Source of the DNA: Candidatus Pacearchaeota archaeon
GTDB lineage: Archaea; Nanobdellota; Nanobdellia; Pacearchaeales; GW2011-AR1
Assembly: GCA_016204145.1 (NCBI GenBank)
Contig: JACQLK010000016.1
Coordinates: forward strand, 9,181 to 73,180
Reading direction: 5' to 3'
Length of the DNA: 64,000 bases
Positions within the stretch are counted from its first letter, which is position 1; each line of letters begins with the position of its first letter. Both the position numbers and the translations under genes were made by a program. Of the stretch, positions 36,845 through 46,378 are shown in pieces. Under the pieces are notes generated by a model. The model was not told the DNA's origin. It did no database searches and was given only the letters and a program-made list of their open reading frames with translations.

Positions 36845-37999
36845 ATGAAAAAAAGGGGGATTAATGGAAATTCCAAAAACATATGGCTTCTCGGAAGTTC
36901 AAGTTTTTTCAACGACATCGGAAGCGAAATGATTGACCTGATTCTCCCGTTTTACATCCTCTCGCTCGGCGGAGGAGGAATTGCGCTGGGTTTGATTTCC
37001 GGATTGAAAGAAGGCCTTTCAAGCATTTTCAAAATTTTCGGAGGATATGTTTCCGACAGGACGGGAAAAAGAAGGGTTTTTGTTTTTGTCGGATATTTTA
37101 TTTCCGCAATATTCAAATTTCTCATAGGACTTGCAAATTCGTGGCACTATCTGATCGGATTTGTTTCAATAGAACGCCTCGGAAAAGCGAGGGACGCTCC
37201 GAGGGACGCGATAATTTCCCAATCTGGAATCCAAACCGGAAGGAGTTTCAGCATAGTGCAGGCAATGGATACTCTCGGCTCCGTGGTCGGAACATTGATT
37301 GTTTTGTTCTTATTCTGGAAATTCTCTTTTTCTCTGAAAACAATAATTTTCGCGGCGGCGGGAATTTCCGCAATATCGTTGATTCCGCTTTTCTTTGTAA
37401 AAGAGCCGAAATTCAAAACGTCCGGGAAAAATCTTATTGACGGAATAGTCGATTTGAGGCCCGAGTTGAAATATTTTATTTTCGTCTCTTCGGTTTTCGC
37501 TTTCACAAACATCGGGCTTTACGCATTTTTCCTCGTCGTGGCAAAAAACGCGACAAACAGTTTCACTTACGCGACGATTCTCTATCTTTTTTTCACGGGC
37601 CTTTACGCGCTTTTCCTCGTTCCGTTTGGAAAACTCTCTGATAAAATCGGAAGGAAAAAAATTCTTCTCTCGGGTTATTTGCTTTTCTTTCTCGTGGCTG
37701 CAGGATTCGGCTCTTTCAAAAATGTTTTCCATCTTGCAATTTTATTCTCGCTTTACGGGCTTGTTTATGCGATGATTTACTCCAATCAAAAAGCGTTCGT
37801 ATCCGACGTTTCGGGAAAAATGAAAGGCACCGCGTTCGGATTTTTTCACATGATCACCGGACTTGCCGGAATCGGCGGCGGGATTGTCGCGGGGATTTTG
37901 TGGAACTCCAATCCGAAAATAATGTTTGTCTATCTGTCGGCAATGGCGCTCGTTTCCTTTTTTTTGCTTTGCTTTGTAAAGGAAAAAAAGAAGATGTAG
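36845..37999 (+). CDS. MFS transporter
   Basis: 12-TM profile, GYVSDRTGKRR MFS signature between TM2-TM3. Confidence 0.7.
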   Translation: MKKRGINGNSKNIWLLGSSSFFNDIGSEMIDLILPFYILSLGGGGIALGLISGLKEGLSSIFKIFGGYVSDRTGKRRVFVFVGYFISAIFKFLIGLANSWHYLIGFVSIERLGKARDAPRDAIISQSGIQTGRSFSIVQAMDTLGSVVGTLIVLFLFWKFSFSLKTIIFAAAGISAISLIPLFFVKEPKFKTSGKNLIDGIVDLRPELKYFIFVSSVFAFTNIGLYAFFLVVAKNATNSFTYATILYLFFTGLYALFLVPFGKLSDKIGRKKILLSGYLLFFLVAAGFGSFKNVFHLAILFSLYGLVYAMIYSNQKAFVSDVSGKMKGTAFGFFHMITGLAGIGGGIVAGILWNSNPKIMFVYLSAMALVSFFLLCFVKEKKKM

Positions 38000-38219
38000 T
38001 TTAATTTAACTGGAAAAAGCAGCTTCGCAATAATGATTGCTCAATATGGGAAGAAAATTAATTGCAAAAAGCATAATGACGCTGAACGGATTTAACATTA
38101 ATTTCCGTTTCCGCAGGACGGAAATCTTTTTGCGGGATTAAAATTTTCCAAGTAGATTGGAGGAGCGATTTCAGAAAAAATATTTAAACTTCTTTAGGTT
38201 GTTATAAAAAAGGGGTAAA

Positions 38220-38987
38220 ATGAAAAAACCGTATATAAAAAAAATCGCTGAAATCGCCGGGTTTAAAATATGGTATGTGAACGGATATTGGATAAGAAAA
38301 AATCTCGACCCGGCATTTACAAATTTCGGAGGGCACAGACATTTTGAATTCATACCAAAAGACGAATTGTGGATAGACAAGGAAAACGGCAGAACCGAGG
38401 CGCATTATTTCATCGAGAATTTTCTCGCAATCCAAAGAGAATTAAAAAAAGGCGAAACGTATCCCGAGGCGGTGGAAACGGCGAACAAAATAGAAATTCG
38501 GGAGAGAAATCGCTCGAAATTCCTAAAAAAAATCAGGAAGATAAAAGTAAAGGAAAAAATCCTCAAAAAAATATACAAAAAACCGCTGTTTGGGAAATAT
38601 ACAAAAAACCTGAAAATAAAAATCGTCCGCGGAAATCTCGTGCGTTCGCTGTTTTATCTGGATTTCACAGGCGGCGGACACGACAAAATTTACAGTTTCA
38701 TCCCTGAAGATGAAATATGGATTGACGACGACGTTTACAAAAAAGAGCGGGCTTTGGTTTTAATTCACGAACTCCATGAGAGGGCGTTGATGTCAAAAGG
38801 ATGGCCCTATGCTTCGACCGGACAAAAAGTATTCACAAGAAAAAAACAAACCGAAAAACGCTCCGCGCATTTCGCCGCGGAAGGGCTCGAGTATTGGTGC
38901 AGGAATCATCCAAAAAGCATAAAGAGGATTCTCCTTCGGGAAATAAGGGAGAACGAGCGGCTGATTAAAAAATCCGCGCAGGATTAA
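38220..38987 (+). CDS. hypothetical basic protein with internal domain duplication
   Basis: two copies of GGH..F(I/S)FIP(K/E)DE(L/I)WID motif (aa ~35-55 and ~140-160). Confidence 0.45.
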   Translation: MKKPYIKKIAEIAGFKIWYVNGYWIRKNLDPAFTNFGGHRHFEFIPKDELWIDKENGRTEAHYFIENFLAIQRELKKGETYPEAVETANKIEIRERNRSKFLKKIRKIKVKEKILKKIYKKPLFGKYTKNLKIKIVRGNLVRSLFYLDFTGGGHDKIYSFIPEDEIWIDDDVYKKERALVLIHELHERALMSKGWPYASTGQKVFTRKKQTEKRSAHFAAEGLEYWCRNHPKSIKRILLREIRENERLIKKSAQD

Positions 38988-39211
38988 TGTGCTCTGAACT
39001 TCCCAGGGGAGATTCTTTGCCGATTTTAAAAAAGATTAATGCAATAAAAATTTTCCGAAGATTATATAAGATGATGGCGCGATGAGTTCTTTTGAATATT
39101 AAAACGATTTTATCATCTCACAATTTCTTTCTGATTTTTGACCGTGAGCAACTTGCCAAACAATTGAAATTTATGATGTATTTTATCTTTTGGCGCTCCG
39201 TGTTGGATAGT

Positions 39212-39735
39212 GAAAAACCCCATGGCAAGACCATAGGGCATCAGAAAAAATCCATTAATGCTAACTGACTATTTTTTCTTCCTTGATTTTTTATGTAATT
39301 TCTGATTATCTCCGCGTTGATTCCTTCACCTACTGTGCTGACGTAACCACAATCCCTCCAAAACTCTCCGCCCCACAAGTCCTTTTTCAGTTCAGGATAT
39401 TGTTCAAATAGTTTTCTGGCAGTTATGCTTTTCACAATTCTGAAAAGCTGAGATGGGGAATATTTCGGAACGGACTGAAGCAGGAAGTGAACATAATCCT
39501 CGTCAAATCCAATCGTTTCAAGATTCATCGTGTATCTTTTTTGCATTTCTTCGCAGATGGTTTTGAAAGTTTCTGTATATTTTTTCTGCAAGAACAAATC
39601 TTTTCTATATTTTATGACAAAGACAAAGTGATACTTTATTCTGAAAACTTTATGATATGATTTGAAAAGTTCATCCATGCAGAAGTTACGTTCTACAAAC
39701 TTATAGGTTTATCCCTGTGCCAAGAGCACAGGGTA
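39212..39735. mobile_element. IS200/IS605-family insertion sequence (TnpA only) with subterminal hairpins
   Basis: TnpA ORF flanked by hairpins ccccatggcaagaccataggg (39217..39238) and ccctgtgccaagagcacaggg (~39712..39732). Confidence 0.7.
39241..39678 (-). CDS. tnpA: IS200/IS605 Y1 transposase TnpA
   Basis: YHFVFVIKYRK, HuH motif YVHFLL, catalytic Y in GYVSTVG region, 145 aa. Confidence 0.85.
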   Translation of the reverse strand: MDELFKSYHKVFRIKYHFVFVIKYRKDLFLQKKYTETFKTICEEMQKRYTMNLETIGFDEDYVHFLLQSVPKYSPSQLFRIVKSITARKLFEQYPELKKDLWGGEFWRDCGYVSTVGEGINAEIIRNYIKNQGRKNSQLALMDFF

Positions 39736-39937
39736 TTGGGGGGAATAAACGCCTTTCTTTTTGCTGTAAAGCGACTTTCCCGTGAACGGCTTTTCAGCTC
39801 CCTTCCCCTTTAAAATTTCATATTGGTCTTTTGCGAGAATTTTCCTCAATTCTTCTTCGGTTTTTTGAATTTTTTTCACAATGCCATAACCTCTTGGGAC
39901 TGACAAACTTTTTAACCTGTTATAAATTTCCTTTTTC

Positions 39938-41155
39938 ATGAAGCAAAAAATCCGCGTTCTTGTCGCGATGTCGGGCGGCGTTGATTCTTCCGTTGCAGCG
40001 CTGATGATGAAGAAAAACGGCTTTGACGTGCTCGGCGTTTTCATGAAAAATTACTCCGACACAAAAAATGAACTCGGGGAATGCAGTTGGAAAGACGAAA
40101 GAAAAATGGCGATGAAGATTTGTTCTTTGCTTGGAATTCCCCTAATCACTCTGGACTTTGAAAAACAATACAAAAAACAAGTCATTGAAAAAATGTTCCG
40201 CGATTACAAAAAAGGAATAACTCCCAATCCAGACATTGATTGCAACCGGAAAATAAAATTCCCGTTGCTGATAAAGGCGATGAAAAAACTCAGAGCTAAA
40301 TATATTGTGACAGGACATTATTCAAGAATAAAGAAAACAAAAAATAATCTAAGATTGTTTCGCGCGCGCGACGAAATGAAAGATCAAAGTTATTTTCTTT
40401 ATCGCCTTAATCAAAATGAGTTAAAGCACCTGAAATTCCCGATTGGCGATTTCACAAAAAAACAAGTTCGCGAGATTGCAAGAAAAAATAATTTCCCTAA
40501 TTTCGACAAGAAATCTACGGTCGGAATCTGTTTTGTCGGAAAAGTAAATTTAAAAAGATTTCTTCAGAAAAAAATAAAGCCGAAGAAGGGAAAAATCATC
40601 TCTCCCGACGGAAAAGTCATCGGAGAGCATGACGGAATTTATTATTACACAATCGGACAACGCCTCGGCTCAAGATACGGGATAAACATCTCAAAGGACA
40701 CCGATGACAAACGGTTTTTGAAAAGATGGTATGTCGCAAGAAAAGACGCGAAAACAAACGCAATAATCGCCGCGCCGGAAAATCATCCGCTGCTTTTCAG
40801 AAAAGAAATTTTCATAAAAAACACGCATTGGATAAATAAAGATGAAATTGAAAAATTGATTTCTTCCGGTGAAAGGACTGGTTCAAAATCAAAAATCAGG
40901 AAAATATTTGCGAACGAAGTAAGCAACAATTTTGGGGAGGGCGGTCGGGGGATTGGCGGAGGGATTAATGAAAAAAATTTCAATGTCCTCGCGCGAATCC
41001 GCCAAGTCGGAGAATTGCTTCCGTGCAAAATTATTTTTGGAAAAAAAATAAAAGTTGCTCTCAAAAAACCAATTACCGGCGTCAGCGAAGGTCAAGCAAT
41101 AGTTATTTACAAAGGAAAAGAAGTTTTAGGCGGAGGAGAAATTTGTTTTAATTAA
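39938..41155 (+). CDS. mnmA: tRNA 2-thiouridylase MnmA
   Basis: PP-loop VAMSGGVDSS, catalytic Cys region GICFVG; 405 aa with Gly-rich insertion GEGGRGIGGGI. Confidence 0.85.
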   Translation: MKQKIRVLVAMSGGVDSSVAALMMKKNGFDVLGVFMKNYSDTKNELGECSWKDERKMAMKICSLLGIPLITLDFEKQYKKQVIEKMFRDYKKGITPNPDIDCNRKIKFPLLIKAMKKLRAKYIVTGHYSRIKKTKNNLRLFRARDEMKDQSYFLYRLNQNELKHLKFPIGDFTKKQVREIARKNNFPNFDKKSTVGICFVGKVNLKRFLQKKIKPKKGKIISPDGKVIGEHDGIYYYTIGQRLGSRYGINISKDTDDKRFLKRWYVARKDAKTNAIIAAPENHPLLFRKEIFIKNTHWINKDEIEKLISSGERTGSKSKIRKIFANEVSNNFGEGGRGIGGGINEKNFNVLARIRQVGELLPCKIIFGKKIKVALKKPITGVSEGQAIVIYKGKEVLGGGEICFN

Positions 41156-41905
41156 TCACGCGCTTATCCGCATTTTATCTCTTGTTTCAACGAATTTCTT
41201 GAAATATTCTTCATTTGCAAAGTATTCCGGTTCTGAGGAAAAATCCGACTGAACAAGATAGCACATGAAACTGACATTTGGAAGAACATAACCTGGCCTC
41301 GCATCTTTTAAAAAAGCCCCGGTAGGAAACGCGAATTCCTCCTCGTGAGCCCTTATAATTCCTTTAAGTGTTGGAGTGAAAGTGATCATATATTTTATTT
41401 TGGATAATTGTTCTATTCTATCTCCTGGCTTTTTTGAAACATGATATTTTAATTCATTTATCATTTCCGAAAAAACTTTTGGAGAGGCGTTTTTCCCCCT
41501 GAATTTCTTGGCTACGGTGGCGTCAATGCAAACAATGGTATTGGGATTTTCATCATGCGGCACAATTTCTCCGTCGTAAGTGAAAGGACCGAATGGACTG
41601 ACCTGATTGCAGATAAACGCCGCCTTCCCAATGGTATCAAATGATTTCGGCGGCTCATTAAATCTTCTTAATGCCGTTCTTAAAATTCCTGCCGGCTCAT
41701 CGCCTTTAAAAGCTCCTATAAAAAACGGGTTAAATTCCTCAAGCACCCTAACAAGCTGGCTTTCGTTCGCGGGAAAATAAGGATGAAAATCCCCCCATGC
41801 TTCATTCAAAATTCCTGTAAAACCCCCGAGATGGAGGAAATGTTCATGATAGTCGAGAATTACGCAAGACAAAGAAGAAGCGGAAGAAACTTTTTCAATT
41901 TCCAT
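41156..41905 (-). CDS. hypothetical protein
   Basis: 249-aa ORF. Confidence 0.4.
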   Translation of the reverse strand: MEIEKVSSASSLSCVILDYHEHFLHLGGFTGILNEAWGDFHPYFPANESQLVRVLEEFNPFFIGAFKGDEPAGILRTALRRFNEPPKSFDTIGKAAFICNQVSPFGPFTYDGEIVPHDENPNTIVCIDATVAKKFRGKNASPKVFSEMINELKYHVSKKPGDRIEQLSKIKYMITFTPTLKGIIRAHEEEFAFPTGAFLKDARPGYVLPNVSFMCYLVQSDFSSEPEYFANEEYFKKFVETRDKMRISA

Positions 41906-41999
41906 GGGTTACCCATAAAAATAATGATATTTAAATTTATATGTTCTGAATTTCCATTTAAATCAAACATTTTAAAAACTTCTCTGCATTAAATAAAAT

Positions 42000-42536
42000 A
42001 TGCAACTCGACGAAGCAATAAAAGGGAGAAGAAGCGCGAAAAAATTCTCAAGCAAAAAGCCGGACTGGAGGGACGTGATTGAATGCATCGACGCCGCGCG
42101 CTACGCGCCGCGAGCGGGAGGGCATTTCACATTGAAATTTATTTTCGTTTCTGACAGGGAAAAGATAAATAAAATCGCGGAGGCGGCGCAGCAGGAATTC
42201 ATATCGCAGGCGCATTATGTCGTTGTCGCATTTTCAACTCCAAAAATAACAATCAACTCCTTCGGAAAAAGGGGCGAAATTTACGTAAGGCAGCAGGCGG
42301 GCGCGGCAATACAAAATTTTCTGCTGAAAGCCGAGGAAAAGAAACTTTCGGCATGCTGGGTCGGGCATCTTGTCGACGAACAGATAAAAAGGGAATTCAG
42401 AATTCCCGACGCCGCGCTAATTGAAGCGGTCATTCCCGTCGGATATGAATTTGAAAAAACAAAGCCGTCAAAAAAAACAAGCATTGACGGCATCCTTTAT
42501 TTCGACAGATTCGGAAAAAAGAGAATGAGGGGATAA
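42000..42536 (+). CDS. nitroreductase-family flavoprotein
   Basis: AIKGRRSAKKFS..D.I..AARYAPRAGG motif typical of nitroreductase fold. Confidence 0.75.
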   Translation: MQLDEAIKGRRSAKKFSSKKPDWRDVIECIDAARYAPRAGGHFTLKFIFVSDREKINKIAEAAQQEFISQAHYVVVAFSTPKITINSFGKRGEIYVRQQAGAAIQNFLLKAEEKKLSACWVGHLVDEQIKREFRIPDAALIEAVIPVGYEFEKTKPSKKTSIDGILYFDRFGKKRMRG

Positions 42537-42697
42537 TTTAATATCCTTGTTAAGATTTTGAGAAATCTGCCACAATTATTTGAAAAAGGGTTGATGTAAA
42601 TCCGCATTCTGGACATTAATGGAAAAGATTGTTAGTCGGCGCGAATTTGATAGGACTATGCTGGCAACAATTTTATGACCGATTAAACGTGGTTGGA

Positions 42698-42800
42698 TAT
42701 TCACGTCTGTTTCCGCGGGGCGGACGGCGGGCAACTTTGCGAGACAAAATTGCAAAACTCACAACGAGCGAAGTTGCGAGTTAGGGGATTGGAGGAAGGA
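42698..42800 (+). repeat. G-rich intergenic repeat, copy E (G-run + ~70-nt ttGCGAG module)
   Basis: tgtttccgcggggcggacggcgggcaactttgcgagacaaaattgcaaaactcacaacgagcgaagttgcgagttaggggattggaggaagg; ~90% identical to module in copy F. Confidence 0.6.
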
Positions 42801-42818
42801 TTTTGAAAAATTTTAATC

Positions 42819-43124
42819 TCAAGAATATAATTTTATTCCGCCTATTCTCCCGATCAAATTGTAAATCAGCGCCAAAACGATTCCGAATATAAAACCAAAA
42901 AGGAGAAATGTGAGAGGAATTGCAATAATCAGCGTCGTATTTGAAGGAACATATTTGTCAAGATAGGTCGAAATTTGCGGATAAAACGAAACCGCGGTTG
43001 AAACGCCGGAGACAACAACAGCTGAAAAAATTATTCCGGTTAAAAAACTTACGAGCGCAAAAAATCCCGCAAAGGAAAAAACGCCGACTTTTTTTATCGT
43101 CACTTCCTGCAATTCGTCACCCAT
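42819..43124 (-). CDS. small membrane protein
   Basis: 101 aa, two to three hydrophobic helices. Confidence 0.35.
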   Translation of the reverse strand: MGDELQEVTIKKVGVFSFAGFFALVSFLTGIIFSAVVVSGVSTAVSFYPQISTYLDKYVPSNTTLIIAIPLTFLLFGFIFGIVLALIYNLIGRIGGIKLYS

Positions 43125-43173
43125 TGAATGAAAAGGGGAAAGGGGTTTAAAAAAGTTTAGAGGGAAGAATTAT

Positions 43174-43689
43174 TTAATAAGAAGCACCATCGTCAACGCC
43201 GTAATGAAGTTTTATATATTCTTTAAACTTTTTATTTCCTAATAAATAAACCCAAATTTTATCTATTGGTAAAACCCGTATATCTTCATCAAAAGATTTA
43301 TTTGAGATAATTATAACCTTTTTATCTGAATGAAGAAAATTTAGAAATCTATAGAGTAAAAGAGTGTCGTGTTTTTCATCACCTTTATCCTCCCCAAGCA
43401 AATCCGCTTTTTCAATCCAATTATTTAAATAAGAAATAATTTCTGTTCTTCTTTCTTCTTGTGTTTTTAATTTTTCGTTTATTTTTTTAGATATGTCTTC
43501 AAAAACAGAAGGAATCATATATGCTTTCTTATGGTTGCAAGAAGTTGTCAGATATACAAAAAATAGTTCAGCTGTCTCATAATTCTCGTCTTTAAAAAAA
43601 TAATTTATTATATCTTTATCAACAATAAAAACTTCATTAAAATCTTGGTCATTAGAATTAATAACTTCCATTGAAAAAATAAAAATCAA
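43174..43689 (-). CDS. hypothetical protein, possible PIN-like nuclease (toxin candidate)
   Basis: acidic residues in FIVDKD.., ..ISNKSFDEDI pattern; 4-nt overlap with upstream small ORF. Confidence 0.3.
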   Translation of the reverse strand: MIFIFSMEVINSNDQDFNEVFIVDKDIINYFFKDENYETAELFFVYLTTSCNHKKAYMIPSVFEDISKKINEKLKTQEERRTEIISYLNNWIEKADLLGEDKGDEKHDTLLLYRFLNFLHSDKKVIIISNKSFDEDIRVLPIDKIWVYLLGNKKFKEYIKLHYGVDDGASY

Positions 43690-43940
43690 TCAAAATTTTG
43701 ATTTAGAAGATTCGCTCCTTTTATAGCGTTCCTAAATCCTTCAGTTGGTTTTACCCCTTTTTTAATTGGTTTTATATCTAATCTTTTTGGTGAATTTTTT
43801 ATAATTCTTACTTCTACAAATTCATCTTCACTTATGCCGTGTTTTGCTCTTTCAAAAGGGGACAACCTATTCCCAGAGACAATAGTTATACTTTCTACCT
43901 TTGGTTCATTTTTTTCCATAAGATTTGTATCTCCACTCAT
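43686..43940 (-). CDS. small hypothetical protein (antitoxin candidate)
   Basis: 84 aa, overlaps downstream gene by 4 nt (ATGA-type coupling). Confidence 0.3.
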   Translation of the reverse strand: MSGDTNLMEKNEPKVESITIVSGNRLSPFERAKHGISEDEFVEVRIIKNSPKRLDIKPIKKGVKPTEGFRNAIKGANLLNQNFD

Positions 43941-44119
43941 TTTTTAAAGTTTTCTATAAAAATTAAGAACACCTCCTTTCATCTTTTTCATAATTTATCT
44001 GAGTAATACTTCTATTTATATTTATTGTTTTTATTGCAAGGTAAAAAAGTTTCATAGTTCCAACTAATCCTCTCAAAACAAAAAATATAATAAAAATAAA
44101 AAAAGAAGAATAATTGTTC

Positions 44120-45199
44120 TTACTTCCAGAACTCAATGCCCAAGTCGGACATTTCTCTCTGCGCGGCAACCGACTGCTCTTCCGCCTGCTTGCCCAGCAC
44201 GTAAGGAGATTTTACTCCGGTCATGATTGTTATAACCCTAACTTTTCCGACGAAATCCTTGTTGATTCTCGCTCCGATTATTACCGACGCCTCGTCGCTC
44301 AAATTTTCCGAGACAGTTCTTCCGATAACGTCGAATTCGTGCAATTGCAAATCAGGACCGCAAGTAATGTGGACTAAAGCTCCTGTCGCTCCTCTGTAAT
44401 CAACGTCGAGCAACGGATGCGTTAACGCCTGATTGACCGCTTCCATTACCCTGTTCTGCGTGTCCGCCTCTCCGATTCCGATGACAGCGACTCCGCCGCC
44501 TTTCATTATCGTGGAAACGTCCGCGTAATCAAGGTTGATTAAACTTGGAAGAGTTATTGTTTCGACAATTCCTTTAATCATTGTAGATACAAGCTCGTTG
44601 GCAACCGCAAACGCCTGTTCAATCGGCAATTGTCCCGCGATATCCACAAGTCGGTTGTTATCAAGAACAATGCAAGTGTCTGTAACCTCTCGCAATTCCT
44701 GCAAGCCGAATTCCGCCTTGTCTATTCTCGCCTTTTCCGCTTCGAAAGGCATTGTAACAACTCCGATGACAATCGCGCCTGTTTCTTTCGCAACCTGCGC
44801 GACAACCGGGGCTGCTCCCGTTCCTGTTCCTCCTCCCATTCCCGCAATTACGAAAACCATGTCGGAATTTGAAAGCGCTTTTTTCAGCTCGCTAAGCGTC
44901 TCCTTGGCTGCCTCTCTTCCTCTGTTGGGCAATCCTCCTGCCCCCAATCCTCTTGTAAGTTCCTTTCCAATGAGAATCTTCTCGTCTGCTTTTGTAACGC
45001 TCAAGTGCAATGCGTCCGTGTTTGCGGCGTAAACCGTCGCTCCCGTTATGCCTTTGTTGTAAAGCCATGTTACTGAATTCGCTCCGCATCCTCCGACGCC
45101 GATTACCTTGATGTTTGCCTTTCCCGCTTTCAACTCGTCAAAGTTTATGCTGTGGCTGTCTGCGTTTTTAACCGCTTCTTTGGCAAAATCCAAAACCAT
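44120..45199 (-). CDS. ftsZ: cell division GTPase FtsZ
   Basis: GVGGCGANSV, tubulin signature GGGTGTGAAPVVA. Confidence 0.95.
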   Translation of the reverse strand: MVLDFAKEAVKNADSHSINFDELKAGKANIKVIGVGGCGANSVTWLYNKGITGATVYAANTDALHLSVTKADEKILIGKELTRGLGAGGLPNRGREAAKETLSELKKALSNSDMVFVIAGMGGGTGTGAAPVVAQVAKETGAIVIGVVTMPFEAEKARIDKAEFGLQELREVTDTCIVLDNNRLVDIAGQLPIEQAFAVANELVSTMIKGIVETITLPSLINLDYADVSTIMKGGGVAVIGIGEADTQNRVMEAVNQALTHPLLDVDYRGATGALVHITCGPDLQLHEFDVIGRTVSENLSDEASVIIGARINKDFVGKVRVITIMTGVKSPYVLGKQAEEQSVAAQREMSDLGIEFWK

Positions 45200-45661
45200 T
45201 TTGACCTCCTTTCATAATTTTACTCCTTTTTCTGAATGAAATTCAGAACTATTGCAATTTATTGGATAATGATTTTTTAAATCTTTATGTGATGCGTTAT
45301 ATCTGAATTTTTAGACACTTCGCGCCAAAATTGCCAATAGAATTAATATTTTTCATGGAAAAGATGAATGCCTTTTCTTTAAATAATTTTAGTTACTCAA
45401 GAAATCGGTGAAATCGGGGATTTTTTGGAAAATTTTGCGGGATTTTCCGCAAAAAACGGGAAAAATTTTATTTTTATGAATTATTTTTTATCCATTTTAA
45501 TTGATAAGAAATTTTTTGATTGTTATCTGAAAAAATTTTAACGTAAAATCCTGATTATAAATATTAACAGCAGTTGTTGATTAACATAAATTTTGGAGCG
45601 TGGGATTTTTTATTTTCTTCTTGGCAGATGAACTGAACAAATTTAACCCGTCAAAAACATT

Positions 45662-46330
45662 TCACTCTTTTTCCAAAATTTCCGTTTCAATATTATTCTC
45701 TTTGCATTCTTTCACAAATTCCTCCGCGTCCTCTTTCGTTCCGACGATGCTCCCGTAATGCATCGGGATAGCGAGAAACGGCTTTATCATTTTCGCCGCC
45801 TCAGCGGCTTCTTCGGAATTCATGGTGTACTTTCCGCCGACGGGAAGAAGCGCGATTAATTTTTTGTCCGCCTGATTGTATCCTGTAAGTTTTTGCATCT
45901 CCCCTATTTTATCTGTGTCGCCGGCATGATAAATTATCGCGCCATTTATTTTTACTATATATCCCACCCACGACTCGTCTTTCGGATGAAATGATTTGTC
46001 GGTATTGTATGCCGGAACCGTCGAAATTTTCAAATTTCCGAAATCAAATTCCTGATTCGGCTCCGCGATTTCCATTTTTATCTTCGCGTCTTTAATCCGG
46101 TTTATCGTGCTCTGGCAGTCCGCGGTGCAAATTATTTTTGTTCCGTCTTTCGCGAGCTTGCTTATGTCCGCGAAACTGCAATGGTCGTGATGGCTGTGAG
46201 TTATCAGAATATAATCCGCTTTTTCAATTCCGTCGGGGATGTTGTAAGGGTCTATGTAAATGTTCGATGAATTTTTTATCAAAAATCCAGCGTGCCCGAG
46301 CCATTTTAATTCAACGCCGTCAATCTTCAT
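45662..46330 (-). CDS. metallo-beta-lactamase-fold hydrolase
   Basis: HSHHDHC metal-binding motif. Confidence 0.8.
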   Translation of the reverse strand: MKIDGVELKWLGHAGFLIKNSSNIYIDPYNIPDGIEKADYILITHSHHDHCSFADISKLAKDGTKIICTADCQSTINRIKDAKIKMEIAEPNQEFDFGNLKISTVPAYNTDKSFHPKDESWVGYIVKINGAIIYHAGDTDKIGEMQKLTGYNQADKKLIALLPVGGKYTMNSEEAAEAAKMIKPFLAIPMHYGSIVGTKEDAEEFVKECKENNIETEILEKE

Positions 46331-46378
46331 ATTTTCATAAAAATAAAACGGTTTTTAAAGATTTGCGGAAGCAAGGGT

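Noticed and set aside
39709-40044. 111-aa ORF antisense to the mnmA start next to the IS element, considered as a TnpB remnant
   Set aside because: Too short, no RuvC-like or zinc-finger motifs; it overlaps the IS right-end hairpin and the mnmA 5' end, so most likely non-coding.
42781-42880. Micro-ORFs following the GGAGG tract of repeat copies E and F (TTG-initiated 32 codons; ATG-ATC-CAA-TAA)
   Set aside because: Not conserved between the two copies, and the E version is antisense to a real gene; the purine tract is more likely part of an RNA or DNA element than a ribosome-binding site.
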